DNA from: Octopus vulgaris
Lineage: Eukaryota
NCBI GenBank assembly: GCA_951406725.2
Contig: OX597821.1
Coordinates: forward strand, 66,092,001-66,156,000
Direction: 5' to 3'
Length of the DNA: 64,000 nucleotides
The position numbers and the translations under genes were made by a program. Shown here one piece after another: positions 38,677-52,029 of this stretch. The notes beneath the pieces were generated by a model that was given only the letters and a program-made list of their open reading frames with translations, made no database searches and was not told the DNA's origin. The stretch's first letter is position 1, and the number at the start of each line of letters is the position of its first letter.

Positions 38677-39123
38677 AAACAAATAAACAAAAATAAATAC
38701 ATACATGTATAATCACATACTAACATGCACACACCCACACACACACACACGTACACATTAAACCACATTCTTTCCCTTCCTGTGTCACACATAAACACAA
38801 ACAGACAAAAATACACACATATGTAACATACATACACACACAAATGCATACACATAAGCCACCTAGATATGCGCATATACACACAACCCCCCACGTATCC
38901 TTTTTATATTAATCTTTACTCAGCAGGGATATTTTACCATTCCCACCTAGAAGGGAAATATGCTGGAGTCTGCTATTTTGGGTTGTTGTTGCTTTCATCA
39001 GCATCATCATCAGCATCAGCATCACCATCAAAGCCATCATTTTCATCAGCAGCAGCAGCATTATAACCATCACTAAACATCATCACCATCAACATCACTA
39101 CTATTGTCAACATCATTATCACC

Positions 39124-39310
39124 AGGTCTGTGGGGTCAGAGTTGGAGAGTCGGAGTCATGGAGTCGGAGTCATAGAGTTGGAGTCGTGGAGTCGGAAACA
39201 ATTAAGAGGTAGTTGGAGACAGTAAAATAGACCACAATCACTTAATTACATAGGGGAGTCAGTGTCAGAGATGCCAATAGTAGAGGGGTCAGAGACGGAG
39301 GCGCCGATAA
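39124..39310 (+). mobile_element. Truncated DNA-transposon end with (GGAGTC) subterminal repeats, hAT-like
   Basis: CAGGTCTGTGGGGTCAGAGTTGGAGAGTCGGAGTCATGGAGTCGGAGTC...; partner end not found. Confidence 0.45.
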
Positions 39311-39329
39311 TATATATATATATATATAT

Positions 39330-39631
39330 CATGTGATCACGTGACCGACCAGGCTATCAGATGTTGCTATACATCGCTGGTCACAATGCGCTTCGCATTG
39401 CTTTAGCCTTCAAATGACGCCACCCCGCTGGCTAAGTGAGCAGACCAACAGAAGAAAGAGTGAAAGTTGTGGTGAAAGAATACAGCAGGGATCACCACCA
39501 CCTGCTGCTGCTGGAGCCACGTGGAGCTTTAGGTGTTTACACTCAATAAACACTCACAATGCCCAGGGAATTGAAACCATGATCCTATGACTGCGAGTTC
39601 GCTGCCCTAACCACAGAGCCATTGCGCCTCA
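39330..39631 (-). mobile_element. SINE, family E head with tail 2
   Basis: Head GAGGCGCAATGGCTCTGTGGTTAGGGCAGCG; tail GGGGTGGCGTCATTTGAAGGCTAAA...CATTGTGACCAGCGATG as in 3390-3503. Confidence 0.75.
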
Positions 39632-40827
39632 ATACACACACACACACACAAATGAGAGGTATTGCTATCAAGAAGACCCAAGGTGGCAGGTAACGCTGTG
39701 TAAATGCTATGGAAGGACTGCAGTTAAACTCTGAGTTCAATAATGATACGAGTGAGGAGTCTAATGCAGGTCTTGTATGAGCATGTATGTGTTAAATAAA
39801 ATGAGACAACAAAGCCAAGGCTGAATGGAATTTTCAGGACATCGTCTAACAAATCCACTCCTAAGGCTTTTGTTGACCCGAGGCTGTAGTATAAGACATT
39901 TGCCCAAGGTACCAAGCAGTGGGACTATATATTAATATTGGTTTCAAATTTTGGCACAAGGCCAACAATTCTGGAGGAGGGGTTAAGTCAATTACATCAA
40001 CCCCAGTTCATGACCAGTATTTATTTTACTGACGCCAAAAAGATTAAAAAAAAATTGGCCATGGAAGAACTGGAACTTAGAACATAAAAACAACTGAAAA
40101 TCTGCTAAGCATTTTGTCCAGTGGGGTAACAATCTTGGAAGCTGACCGCCTTTAGGAGACCCTAGATAATGTGACCATATATTCCTCAGATATAGTAAAA
40201 GAGATGGAATGTCATGGACAGATGTTGTTGATCCTCAATATTTTTTTTTTTTATATCATTTAGTGTCCATTTTCCATGCTGGCATGAGTAGGACGCTTTG
40301 ACTGGAGCTGGTAAACCAGAGAGCTGCACCAAGTTCCAGTCTGATTTAGCTGTTTCCACAGTTGGATGCCCTTCCTAATGCCAAACTACTCCAGAGAGTG
40401 TACTGGATGTTTTTTTACGTGTTACCTGCATGGGTGCCTTTCATGTGTCATTGGCACAAGTGCCTTTCATGTGTCACTGGCACTGGTCACGACTGCAATT
40501 TCACCTAATCTGACATGTCTTCTCAAGCACAATAAATCTTAATCAGGGATAATCTAGGGATCAAATACAAGAACAATACAAAAACAAAAAATCAGTTTGT
40601 AGATGGTTCTTGACCTGCTTAAAATAACAGCTACATATCCTTCAAATCACACAATACCATCTTGAAACCAAGAAGGACACATTGGATGATGTATACTTAG
40701 ATGCCCCTTAAAAGGACAGAATGGTCTTGATTGGAATGCCTTTATCACAAGTTTGCATCCTCCCACCCAATCTAGACTGTCCTGAGGTCCAACCAACAAT
40801 AACAACAACAGCAGAATGTCCACTTGA

Positions 40828-41158
40828 GACCCCTTTCGGTCATGACTGACCGTGGGAGTGCACCTTGAGAGTTACCCTCCCAGGCACAAGTCCGGGCAAG
40901 GTTGTTTATGGAAGGCCAGCATTTGCCCATACATACCAGCCTCCCTGCTTCACATCACTGATGTTATCCAAGAAAGGCAAAGGCTGATATAGCTTGGCAC
41001 CTGTGACATTGCAACCCATTTCTACAGCTGAGTGAACTGGAGCAATGTGAAATAAAGTGTCTTGCTCAAGAACACAACAACACAGTCCAGTCCGGGATTC
41101 GAACTCACAACCTCACGATCGTAAACTCGACGCTCTAACCACTGAGCCATGCACCTTC
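40828..41158 (-). mobile_element. SINE family B (tail 1), full length
   Basis: Reverse-complement homologue of 1548-1880. Confidence 0.85.
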
Positions 41159-41552
41159 ACTGCTACTACATTTATCTCTAAATCTTCCTCCAACATTGAC
41201 ACGTACGCACACACACACACAGTCAAGCACACATCACCATCACATCACAGACATCCCCCACTACAACCACTTCCACTACCATTACAACTACCAAAACCAT
41301 GAAGACCACACCTATACTGACATGCCTCACCATTGACAATACCATCACCATCCCCTTTGTAAAAATAAAACCATTTCCTAATTGCTAACCACAGCAACTT
41401 ATATATACACAGACACACATTTATGTGTGCGAGAGTGTGTGTGAAGAAAAAGAGAGAGAGAGACAGAGACAGACAGACAGAGAGATAGATAGAGAGAGAC
41501 AGAGACAGACAGACAGAGAGATAGAGAGAGAGAGATAGACAGACAGACAGAG

Positions 41553-41583
<31 letters not shown>

Positions 41584-41764
41584 GAGAGAAAGATAGCATG
41601 TTTACTAAGAATAGATACAGGAAAAGCGAAATGTTTTGAATACACAGAATGCAAGTGAATTTGCATAAAACTTTCTACATTAATACAAGTGTATGCATAC
41701 ACACACACACACACATAGATATACATACACAAACACGTATATACACACACACACACACACATAC

Positions 41765-41968
41765 ATGAGTGGGTGCTGAAAAGTTCCTGGTTTCACGTAA
41801 GAGAAAATACAGGAAGATCAGTTATGATTTTATTCAGCACATTCCTCTCTCGATTCACACACTTATTCCAGTGGCCCTTTAGTTTTTCTAAGCCCTGCAA
41901 AAGAACTCGGAACATTGGGCTTTTCATGATACCCCAAAAGTCAACAATTTTCCAGTACCCACATCATG
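41765..41968 (-). mobile_element. Mariner-derived MITE, copy 3
   Basis: GGGTGCTGAAAAGTTCCTGG end; interior is reverse-complementary to 525-743. Confidence 0.7.
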
Positions 41969-43213
41969 TATGTGTGAGTGTGCATGTATGTGATGTTCCT
42001 TTAAGGCCCTCATGCTTTCCGAAATCCGCCGAAACTACACCTGATTATACATACACTTTAGATGAGTTGTAGTGCACCTGAGCACTGTACACAATGTTTT
42101 TATTATTATTATTATTATTATTATATATGATGGGCATCCATATAGGTTCTGTTTACTAAATTTACTCACAAGGCATTGGTCGACCTAAGACTATAGTAGA
42201 AGATTCTTGTCAAAGATGCCATGCAATGGGACAGAACGCAAAACCATGTGGTTGCAAAGTGAGCTTCTTAAAACACATAGCAATACCTTTGCATTTCAGT
42301 AAATGAGGATTCCACAGAAACTTTTAACTTTAATATAATTCTCAAATTTAATCTCAAATTAAATCAACCTGAGAAAGATCATAACAAAGCTGGCCCTTGG
42401 ACTTACAAATACAGCAGGGTTGTACATAAGGTTCTCCAGTTTCACATGCAAGGCTTTGGGCATCAGTTGAAAAATATATGAAGAATATTGTAATAGGGAC
42501 TTGCTAAAGGTAGCACACAAGGGAATTAAAACTTGGGACCATAACTCGAAGGTAGTATTTCTAAAAAAAATGCTTGACCATATCTACCTTCACACACATA
42601 AACAAATAAATAGTTTATATCTACTAAATTCACTCAAAAGGCATTCAGCCAGAAGCCATAGAAGAGGACACTTGCCCAAAGTGCCACACAAGAGAACTGA
42701 ACTTATGACCACACAGCCACAGCAACACCTGACATCTATATGGAGAGAGACAGATAGTGAGGAGGAGAGAGAGAGAGAGAGAGAGAGCTTGTCAAGAAGA
42801 ACCTGTCAAGTATCTGATGTTATTGTGAAATTGGTATCCAGTTTGACCATAATGTTTTGGCTGTTGCACACCACAATGTGATATTTATAATTTAGGTCCC
42901 AGTAATAATAACCCAACAGACAACAGAGGACAACAGACATACTTGTGAAATTTGCTAAATTGTTCTCAAACATTTAACAGGCATCAAGAGCTAGTAAAAA
43001 ATAAACACAAATTAAGTGGGTTGACAGCTAAAAATAGCAGAGTAAGAAAACAATGTGTTTCAATGTTTAGCTTGTATCTTCCACATTGTGGTGGAGGGGT
43101 TTCAAATCCAGCAAAGGATGAACTTTGACATTTTACCTTTGAGAGTAATCAATAAAATAGAAACAGGTAAAAACAACATCCTTACCATTTAAAGGCAATA
43201 TTTTTGTATTCTA

Positions 43214-43910
43214 AGGTGACAAGCTGTCAGAAACATTAGCATGATGGGTGAAAGGCTTAGTGGTATTTTGTCTGTTTTTACATTCTGAGTTCAAATTCCA
43301 CCAAGGTCGACTTTGCCTTTCATCCTTTCGGGGGAGGGGGGGTCGATAAATTAAGTACCAGTTATGCACTGGGTCGATGTAATCGACTTAATCCGTTTGT
43401 CTGTCCTTGTTTGTCCCCTCTGTGTTTAGCCCCTTGTGGGTAGTAAAGAAATAGGTATTTTGTCTGTTTTTACATTCTGAGTTCAAATTCCGCCAAGGTC
43501 AACTTTGCCTTTCATCTTTTCGGGGTCAATAAATTAAGTACCAGTTGTGTACTGGAGTCAATCTAATCGACTGGCTTCCTCCCTAAAAATTTTGGTCCTT
43601 GCGTCTAGAGTAGAAAAGAATATTAAGTTCAAGCTAAGGCGGTGAGCTGGCAGAAATGTTAGCACGCTGGGCGAAATGCTTAGTGGTATTTCGTCTGTCT
43701 TTACATTTTGAGTTCAGATTCCGCCAAGGTTGACTTGCTTTTCATGCTTCTGGGGGTCGATAAATTAAGTACCAGTTGCATACTGGTGTCGATCTAATTG
43801 ACTGGCCTTCTCCCCCCAAATTTCAGGCCTTGTACCTAGAGTAGAAAAGAATATCTTTTTATTCTAAGGTGGCAAGCTGACAGAAACGTTAGCATGCTGG
43901 ATGAAATGCA
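43214..43910 (+). mobile_element. Tandem cluster of family C SINEs (three plus a partial fourth)
   Basis: Repeated heads AAGCTG.CAGAAAC.TTAGCA and Nin-like cores. Confidence 0.85.
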
Positions 43911-46636
43911 TGATCAATGCCAGTGCTGCCTGACTAGCTCCCATGCCGGTGGCACATAAAGAGCACCCACTACACTCTTGGAGCGGCTGGCATTAGGAAG
44001 GACATCAAGCTGTGGAAACCTTGCCAGATCAGATTGGAGTTTGGTGCCGCCTCCTGGCTCGCCAGTGCTCGGTCAAACCGTCGAACACATGCCGGCATGG
44101 AAAGCAGTCATTAAACAACGATGACGACGACGATGATGATGATGATGAATGCGATGCCTTCTAAACCAGCAAACACTCTCCCAAAACGACCAATTCACTG
44201 CATTGATAATATGTACCCTAAGTTAATTCAAGTCCATGTTGTGTAATGAAATGGTTGGTGGGAGGTGCAAGGGAGCCAGAAGGAAGCAGTGGTTTGGAAA
44301 ATGGTTAATTTTGTTTTCCATTTTATTCATTTAAATTTTTATTTATTTATAATATTTGTTTTATCATTTATTTGTTTATTTAATTGATTGTTAATTTGTT
44401 TGTTTTCAGTTCTTTAAATATTTCCTTGCTTTGTTTTTGTTTTGTTGTTTTCTTTTGCTTTTAATTTATTTAGTTATTTTTTGTTTGGTTATGCAATTTT
44501 GTTCATTTTCTTTTGCTGTTTAATGTTGTCTAGTTTGTAATTATGTAACTTAGATTGGTGATTGAAGCAGAGAGAGAGAGAGAGAAAGAAAGAATGAGGG
44601 AGAGAGTGTATGTGAATGATGGTGGTGGTGGTGGTGGTGGTAGTGGTGATAGAGAGAAAGACTTTGATGTGGGTGGGGTGGGTGGGGATAGGTAACAAGT
44701 TAAAGGTGGGAGATTGCACACTTGAAAGAGAGAAAGAGAAAAAAAAGTGGGGTCATAGACAGGTGAGTTACATATGGATCAAGAAAAGGGGTGTTGGTCT
44801 GAAGGAGAAGTGGGCGGAGAGGAAATAGGATTTGGTTGGGGGAGGAAGGAGAGAGAAAAAAGGGGAGGAGAGTACAGGGAAGAGAATGTGTGTGTGGGGG
44901 GGGGACAGGGGAGTATGCATGTGTTTGCATATGTTTGTGTGTGTGTGACATGTGTGAGGATGCGTGCACACATGTGTTCATTCTTGGATGAAAGCATGTG
45001 TGCATGCATCTGAGCATCTGTTCATACATGCTTGTGTGTGTACATGAGTGTGTGTAAGCATGTGCTTGAGCTTGCATACATGCATGTTTATGCATGTGTG
45101 TGTGTGTGACTGTGTGTGTGTGACTGTGTGTGTGTGTGTGTGTGTGCAAGCATGTGTGCGAGTACATGTGTAAGAATGTTTGGGCATGCATTCCTGTACA
45201 TATGTGTGTGTATGAGCACACGTGTGCATGTGTGTGCATATATATATATATATACATACATACACACACATGCATACAGAAGGAACGAATGAGAAATAGA
45301 GAGAGTAATGGAGGTGGGGAGTAAGAAGAAGAGAAGGAGAGCAAGGAGGAGAGACTGAGAGATGTGGGTAAGCAAGAAACAGGAAGAAAAAAACAAAGGA
45401 AGAAAACAAGAATTAAAGAGAAAGACAGAGACATGAGAGATGGTGTGAAAGGTGGGAAAGCGAACTGGGGAGAGGGGTCAACATAAAATAAAGGGAATGA
45501 GGGGGGGAGGAGCGTGGAACAAGAAGGCAGAAATCGAGAACCAATACACAGAGGCACTACAGAAACAACACTCTAGATAGACAAACAGACAGACATGTTT
45601 CAAAGAATTTTTGACTTTTAAAATTCAATTTAAAGTTTTCTCAGTGATTGCAAGTGGATTTATTTTTGTTTATATAATGGGTGTTTTTTTTTCTTTTTCT
45701 TTTTTTTTTCAGTACTTTTATTTTTTGGTATATTTTAAAAAACAACAACAACAACAACAACATTACCAACAACAACAAATGTACAAAGAAACAAAAAACA
45801 CTTGTGAGACCCAACCGAGTGGAAATTACATTTTAAGACTTTATTGATTCGGTTAATATTGATCTGTTGATCACCAGCTTTTAAAGTGCTGAAGACGGTT
45901 ACCGATAGAAGTCAGTTTTGGTACACTAGACGGAATGGTGACTTTCACTCTCTCTTTCGACTAAGGTTGTTTCTCGCTGGTATAATTCGGAGAAAATTTG
46001 TAGATTTTTGCTTTTCAATTTTGTTTCTGTTTTTTTTTTTTTTTGTTATAGTTTGTCGCATTTGTTTTTGAAATATTTTGTTGTTGTTGTTGCTGTACTG
46101 TTGTTGTTGTTGTTGTTGTTGTGGTTGTGGTTATTTTTGCTTTAGTAGAGAAGAAATGCTAATTTAGAAACACGGAAGTATGGAAACACGATGATGATGA
46201 TGATGATGATGATGATTAAGATGATGAAGATGGGAGGTATACTGAATCTGTCAGAATCTGTCGCGCAGTTTAAATGTCACCACCACCACCACCACCACAA
46301 CTACAATCGCCACAACCGGAAACAACACCATCACCACCACCACCACCGCAAACAACACCGCCACCACCATCACTGCCACTACTATTTCCACCACCATCAC
46401 CACCACCATCTAACAGCTGCCACCACCTCCATAACTATAATCATCTACTCCCCACAACCACCACCATCATTGCCACTATCCCCCCAGTCACCATCACCCC
46501 CATAACAACCACCACTTCTGACACCACCCCAACTTTTGCTACCACCCATACCTTAATTGTTAGCAGAACCTGCTATACTGCAAGCACTTAGACACAGTCC
46601 CTTGGTGCATAAGGGTAAATCAAATGATACAGTGAT

Positions 46637-46862
46637 GGCGAGCTGGCAGAGACGTTAGCACGCCGGGCGAAATGCTTAGTGGTATTTCGTCTGCATTACG
46701 TTGTGAGTTCAAATTCCGCCGAGGTCGACTTCGCCTTTCATCCTTTCGGGGTCGATAAATTAAGTACCAGTTACGCACTGGGGTCGATGTAATCGACTTA
46801 ATACCTATGTCTGTCTTTGTTTGTCCCCTCTGTGTTTAGCCCCTTGTGGGTAATAAAGAAAT
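46637..46862 (+). mobile_element. Family C Nin-domain SINE, young CpG-rich copy
   Basis: GGCGAGCTGGCAGAGACGTTAGCACGCCGGGCG...GGTCGACTTCGCCTTTCATCCTTTCGGGGTCGATAAATTAAGTACC...CCCCTTGTGGGTAATAAAGAAAT. Confidence 0.9.
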
Positions 46863-47489
46863 AGATATCTTAGAAACAGGGATTTAAGGGTACACTACTT
46901 AAGGGTATACCAAACAAGTTATTAAGTGTATGCATATCTATCAATCTATCTATCTATATTCCTACCTAGCTACCTACCTATCTATCTATCAAGTTATCTA
47001 CCTATCTGTCTGTCTGCCTGCCTGTCTGTCTGTCTATCTATATGGTTTTGTGTGTGTGTGTGTGTGTATTGCTTGCATCTAAACATTCAGTGTGAGGATC
47101 ACATATCAAAATAAAATTAAAAAAACACCTTAATTGAAAAAAAGGTAAGGGTTGGTGTCAGGAAGTGAGTCCAGCTATAGAAAATCTACCTGGGCAAGTT
47201 TTTGTCTAACCCCTACCAACATGTAAAAGCAGATATAAAACTGAACAAAACACATGCGTGCACACACACGCATACACTCAGCATACACATTGATATTAGG
47301 CACAGAAGTGGCTGTGTGGTAAATAGCTTGTATACCAACCACATGGTTCCAGGTTCAGTCCCACTGCATGGCACCTTCGGCAAGTGTCTTCTACTATAGC
47401 CTCGGGTCTGACCAAAACATTATGAGAGGATTTGGTAAACAGAAACTGAAAGAAGCCTGTCATATATATATATATATATATATATATAT

Positions 47490-48190
47490 CATCATCATCG
47501 TGTTTAACGTCCGCTTTCCATGCTAGCATGTGTTGGACGATTTTGACTGAGGGCTGGCGAACCAGATGGCTGCACCAGGCTCCAATCTTGATCTGGCAGA
47601 GGTTCTACAGCTGGATGCCCTTCCTAACGTCAACAACTCTGAGAGTGTAGTGGGTGCTTTTTACGTGCCACCGGCACAGGGGCCAGTCAGGCGGTACTGG
47701 CAATGACCTTGCTCGCATCTTTTTACACGCTCGAATGTTTCCCTTTTACGTGCCACCGGCACGGAAGCCGGTTGGCTGCTCTGGCAACAATTACATTCGG
47801 ATGGTGTTCTTGGCACCCTACAAGCATGGGCACAAGTGCATGGTGAAACGATCACACTCGAATGGTGCCCTTTTATGTGCAACTGGCACAGAAGCCGGTT
47901 AGCCGGGAAGTCAGTTAACTGCTCTGTCAAACGATCACACTCGTATGGTGCTCTTTGCACCCTGTTTGCACGGATGCCAGTCATCAAATTTGATTTTGGT
48001 TTTGATTTCACTTGCCTCAACAGGTCTTTTCAAGCAGAGTTTAGTGACCAAGAAGGAAAAGGTACACATAAGCGGGCTAGTTACGCTCCTGGCATAGGCC
48101 ACAGGTTATGGTCTCATTTGGCTTGCCAGGTCTTCAAGCACAGCATATTTCCAAAATCTCGGTCACTAGTCATTTCCTTGGTGAGGCCTG
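47490..48190 (-). mobile_element. RTE LINE 3' fragment nested inside a family A SINE (47298-48395)
   Basis: Minus strand begins with codons GLTKEMTSDRD and ends in (GAT)n. The SINE A head lies left (47298-47460) and its tail right (48190-48395). Confidence 0.8.
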
Positions 48191-48929
48191 TCTGTCTTTG
48201 TTCTCCCACCATTGCTTGACAACAGACGTTTGTGTGTCTACATCCACATAACTTGGCAGTTCAGCAAAGGAGAACAATAGAAAAAGTACTAGGCTTACAA
48301 AGAATAAGTCCTGGGGTCGATTTGTTCGACTGAAGGCGATGCTCCAGCATGGCCACAGTCAAATGACTGAAACAAGTAAAAGAATAAAAGAATATATATG
48401 GGACATATATATGTATATGTATGTATGTCTGTATATATGTATGTATATGTGAATGCAAGTGGCTGTATGGAAGAGTAAGTGTCTGTTTGATTATATGTAT
48501 TCATAAGAAAATATATTCACTCATACACACACCAATGCATACACACGCACACACACTTACAATCACATAAATATTTATACACACACACACGCCCACAGAC
48601 TACAGTTATTCCCAAGTGGATTCTTTCGCCAGAAATAATAGAGAATATATACATATATATATGGCAGCATATCACATTAGGCTGTGTCTCAAAACACTGG
48701 AGTCAAAAACATTTTATGCTCCAGTAAATAGCAATGTGAAAATAGATGAGGTCTCTAATTAATTAAACAATTCCAGGAAATATAAATAGCTTTTCAGGAT
48801 ATAACAACAACAACAATAATAATAATTCAACCGGAATGATGATGATGATGATTCAAATTATTGCTGCAAGGGCAGCTTGCACTTGGGCAGTGGGAGATTT
48901 GGTTAAGTCGTTACATCAACCCCAGTGTG

Positions 48930-49136
48930 TACGCGTGTTCCTTCACTTTAGATTATATATTATTGAGGACCAGATGGTAAAGGTAAAGTAGGTAAAGTTA
49001 CCTTTCTGAGTCATGACAAACTGAAAAGGAGGCTTGACAAAATTAACTAAATTAGCATAGAATAATAGTTTCATATTATTTTATAATTAATGATTCTAAA
49101 CTCGTCCCCTTAATAATAATAATAATAATAATAATA

Positions 49137-49167
<31 letters not shown>

Positions 49168-49562
49168 GCGTCCGCTAGCATGGCGTGGCTGTGTTGTAAG
49201 ACACTGGCTTTCCGTGACCACATGGCTTCCGGGTTCAGTCCCATTACATCTGCACTTTGGGCAAGTGGATGCTTCTACTAGCCAAGGCCGACCCGCGAAG
49301 CCTGTGTGAGTAGTTTTGGTAAACAAAAACTGAAAGGAGGAGCCTGTAATGTGTGTGTGTGTTTTGTGGTGTGTATGTGTGCGTGTGTGTGTGTGTCACC
49401 CTTTACCTTGTTCTACGCTTGTTTCCTTCACTAGGAAGGGTTAGATGAATATATATTATTGAGGACCAGATGGTAAAGGTAAAGTAGGTAAAGTTACCTT
49501 TCTGAGTCATGACAAACTGAAAAGGAGGCTTGACAAAATTAACTAAATTAGCATAGAATAAT
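48930..49562. repeat. Direct duplication of ~135-150 bp (48930-49066 and 49414-49562)
   Basis: TATATATTATTGAGGACCAGATGGTAAAGG...TTAGCATAGAATAAT is identical in both copies; the left parts differ by indels. Confidence 0.9.
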
Positions 49563-49620
49563 TGATCCTCCCGTATTTTCTTTTACCCAAAGCCAGGAAC
49601 TTTCAAACACCACCTTGTGT

Positions 49621-49655
<35 letters not shown>

Positions 49656-49793
49656 TGTGCATGTATGTGTATGTTTGGGCACCCTATCATCATCATCATC
49701 ATCATCATTGAGTAGGATGCGTAACATGCTAGCATGGGTTGGACGGGTCAACTGGGGTCTAGCCATGTCAAGCTATCGAACCTATATCAGCAC

Positions 49794-49813
49794 AGTAAAC
49801 AGGCATTAAATTA

Positions 49814-49847
<34 letters not shown>

Positions 49848-50407
49848 TCTTTACTAAGTGACTTAGTGCTCAGCTAATTTTGTGTGGTATTTCTTTATTA
49901 CCCATAAGGGTTTACATAGATGGGGACAATACAATGATTTTGGGGTCTTGTGGGTGAAATGGAACTATTTACAGTCGAAATCGAATGAATTATTTACAAT
50001 GAAAATGAAAATGAAATTGAACAAGAACAAACAAACAAAAAGGGACATATGAAGCCAAAAGAACAGGATAGCCGACCCCACGAGCCCAACTTTGTGTGGA
50101 CATGTTTCTTACAGGACGTCCTAGCTGAAAAGACTACATTAATTTCAAAACACACCCTGTGTTGTCACCAGAGCAAAGAAAAATATGACTCATTGCTCCT
50201 GTTAGCAGCCATGTATGATTTAATTTAAAATTTGGTTGACTGAAGTTCTAACAGGTCTCTCCTTCACCCCTGATGAGAAAGAATTTGCAATCACGAGTTT
50301 TCTTCTCATTACATTTATAATTCTAATTCATTACATTTTAATTACAGTTTGGCATATCAAATATGCGCCCCTCCCCCACCAACCAAAAGTAAACAGGCAT
50401 TAAATTA

Positions 50408-50441
<34 letters not shown>

Positions 50442-50985
50442 TCTTTACTAAGTGACTTAGTGCTCAGCTAATTTTGTGTCACCTTGTATTTCTTTATTAC
50501 CCATAAGGGTTTACATAGATGGGGACAATACAATGATTTTGGGGTCTTGTGGGTGAAATGGAACTATTTACATCGAATGAATTATTTACAATGAAAATGA
50601 AAATGAAATTGAACAAGAACAAACAAACAAAAAGGGACATATGAAGCCAAAAGAACAGGATAGCCGACCCCACGAGCCCAACTTTGTGTGGACATGTTTC
50701 TTACAGGACGTCCTAGCTGAAAAGACTACATTAATTTCAAAACACACCCTGTGTTGTCACCAGAGCAAAGAAAAATATGACTCATTGCTCCTGTTAGCAG
50801 CCATGTATGATTTAATTTAAAATTTGGTTGACTGAAGTTCTAACAGGTCTCTCCTTCACCCCTGATGAGAAAGAATTTGCAATCACGAGTTTTCTTCTCA
50901 TTACATTTATAATTCTAATTCATTACATTTTAATTACAGTTTGGCATATCAAATATGCGCCCCTCCCCCACCAACCAAAAGTAAA
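49794..50985. repeat. Tandem duplication, ~594-bp unit x2
   Basis: Units 49794-50387 and 50388-50979 are almost identical, with AGTAAA microhomology at the junctions. Confidence 0.95.
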
Positions 50986-51202
50986 TTATAAGATCTTCAT
51001 ACAGAAGGTAGCTGCGGGACTTGTACAACTATAGGGGCAGGCGTAACATACACACAAGTGTGACTGTGTGGTGAAGGAGGTTCCTTCCCAACCACTCAGT
51101 TCTAGGTTTAATCCAACACCGTGTCACCTTGAATAAGTGGCTTCTACTATAACAACAGAAACTGAAAGAAATACACTATATATCTATATCTACATATATA
51201 TT

Positions 51203-52009
51203 TTTTTATTTCTTTCAGTCATTTGACTGTGGTCATGCTGGAGCACTGCTTCTAGTCGAACAAATCGACCCCAGGATTTATTCTTTGTAAGCCCAGTACT
51301 TATGCTATTGGTCTCTTTTGCCAAACCACTAAGTTATGGGGACATAAACACACCAACAATCAGTTGTCAAGCGATGGTGGGAGAACACACACTCACACAC
51401 ACACACATGACGGGCTTCTGTCAGTTTCTGTTTACCATATCCACTCACAAGGCTTTTGTCGGCCTGAGGCTTATAGTAGAAGACACTTGCCCAAGGTGCC
51501 ACACAGTGGGACTGAACCCGGAATCATGCGGTTGGTAAGTAAGCTACTTACCACATAGCCACTCCTAAAAATATATAAAGTTATAGTTGTATATATGTAT
51601 ATATTAAGTTGTAGGCACAGGAGTGGCTGTGTGGTAAGAAGATTGCTTCGTAACCACATGGTTCCAGGTTTAGTCCCACTGTGCAGCACCTTGGGCAAGT
51701 ATCTTCTACTATAGCCTCAGGCTGACCAAAGCCTTGTGAGTGGATATGGAAGATGGAAACTGAAAGAAGCCCCTTGTACATATATATATATATGTACGTA
51801 TTTGTCTGTCTGTGTTTGTCCCCTGATCATCGTTTGACAATCTATGTTAGTGTGTATACATTCCCGTAACTTAGCGGGTTGGCAAAAGAGACGGATAATA
51901 TGAATACTAAGCTTACAAACAATATTCCTGGGGTCTATTTGTTCCACTAAAGGTGGTGCTCCAGCATGGCCTCAGTCAAAGGACTGAAACAAGTAAAAGA
52001 ATAAAAGAA
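51203..52009. mobile_element. Head-to-head inverted pair of family A SINEs
   Basis: 51203-51566 (-) and 51614-52009 (+), about 47 bp apart. Confidence 0.9.
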
Positions 52010-52029
52010 TGATGATGATGATGATGAAT

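Noticed and set aside
44700-45557. 285-aa minus-strand ORF
   Set aside because: Made of CT-rich and CA-repeat low-complexity sequence; no domain.
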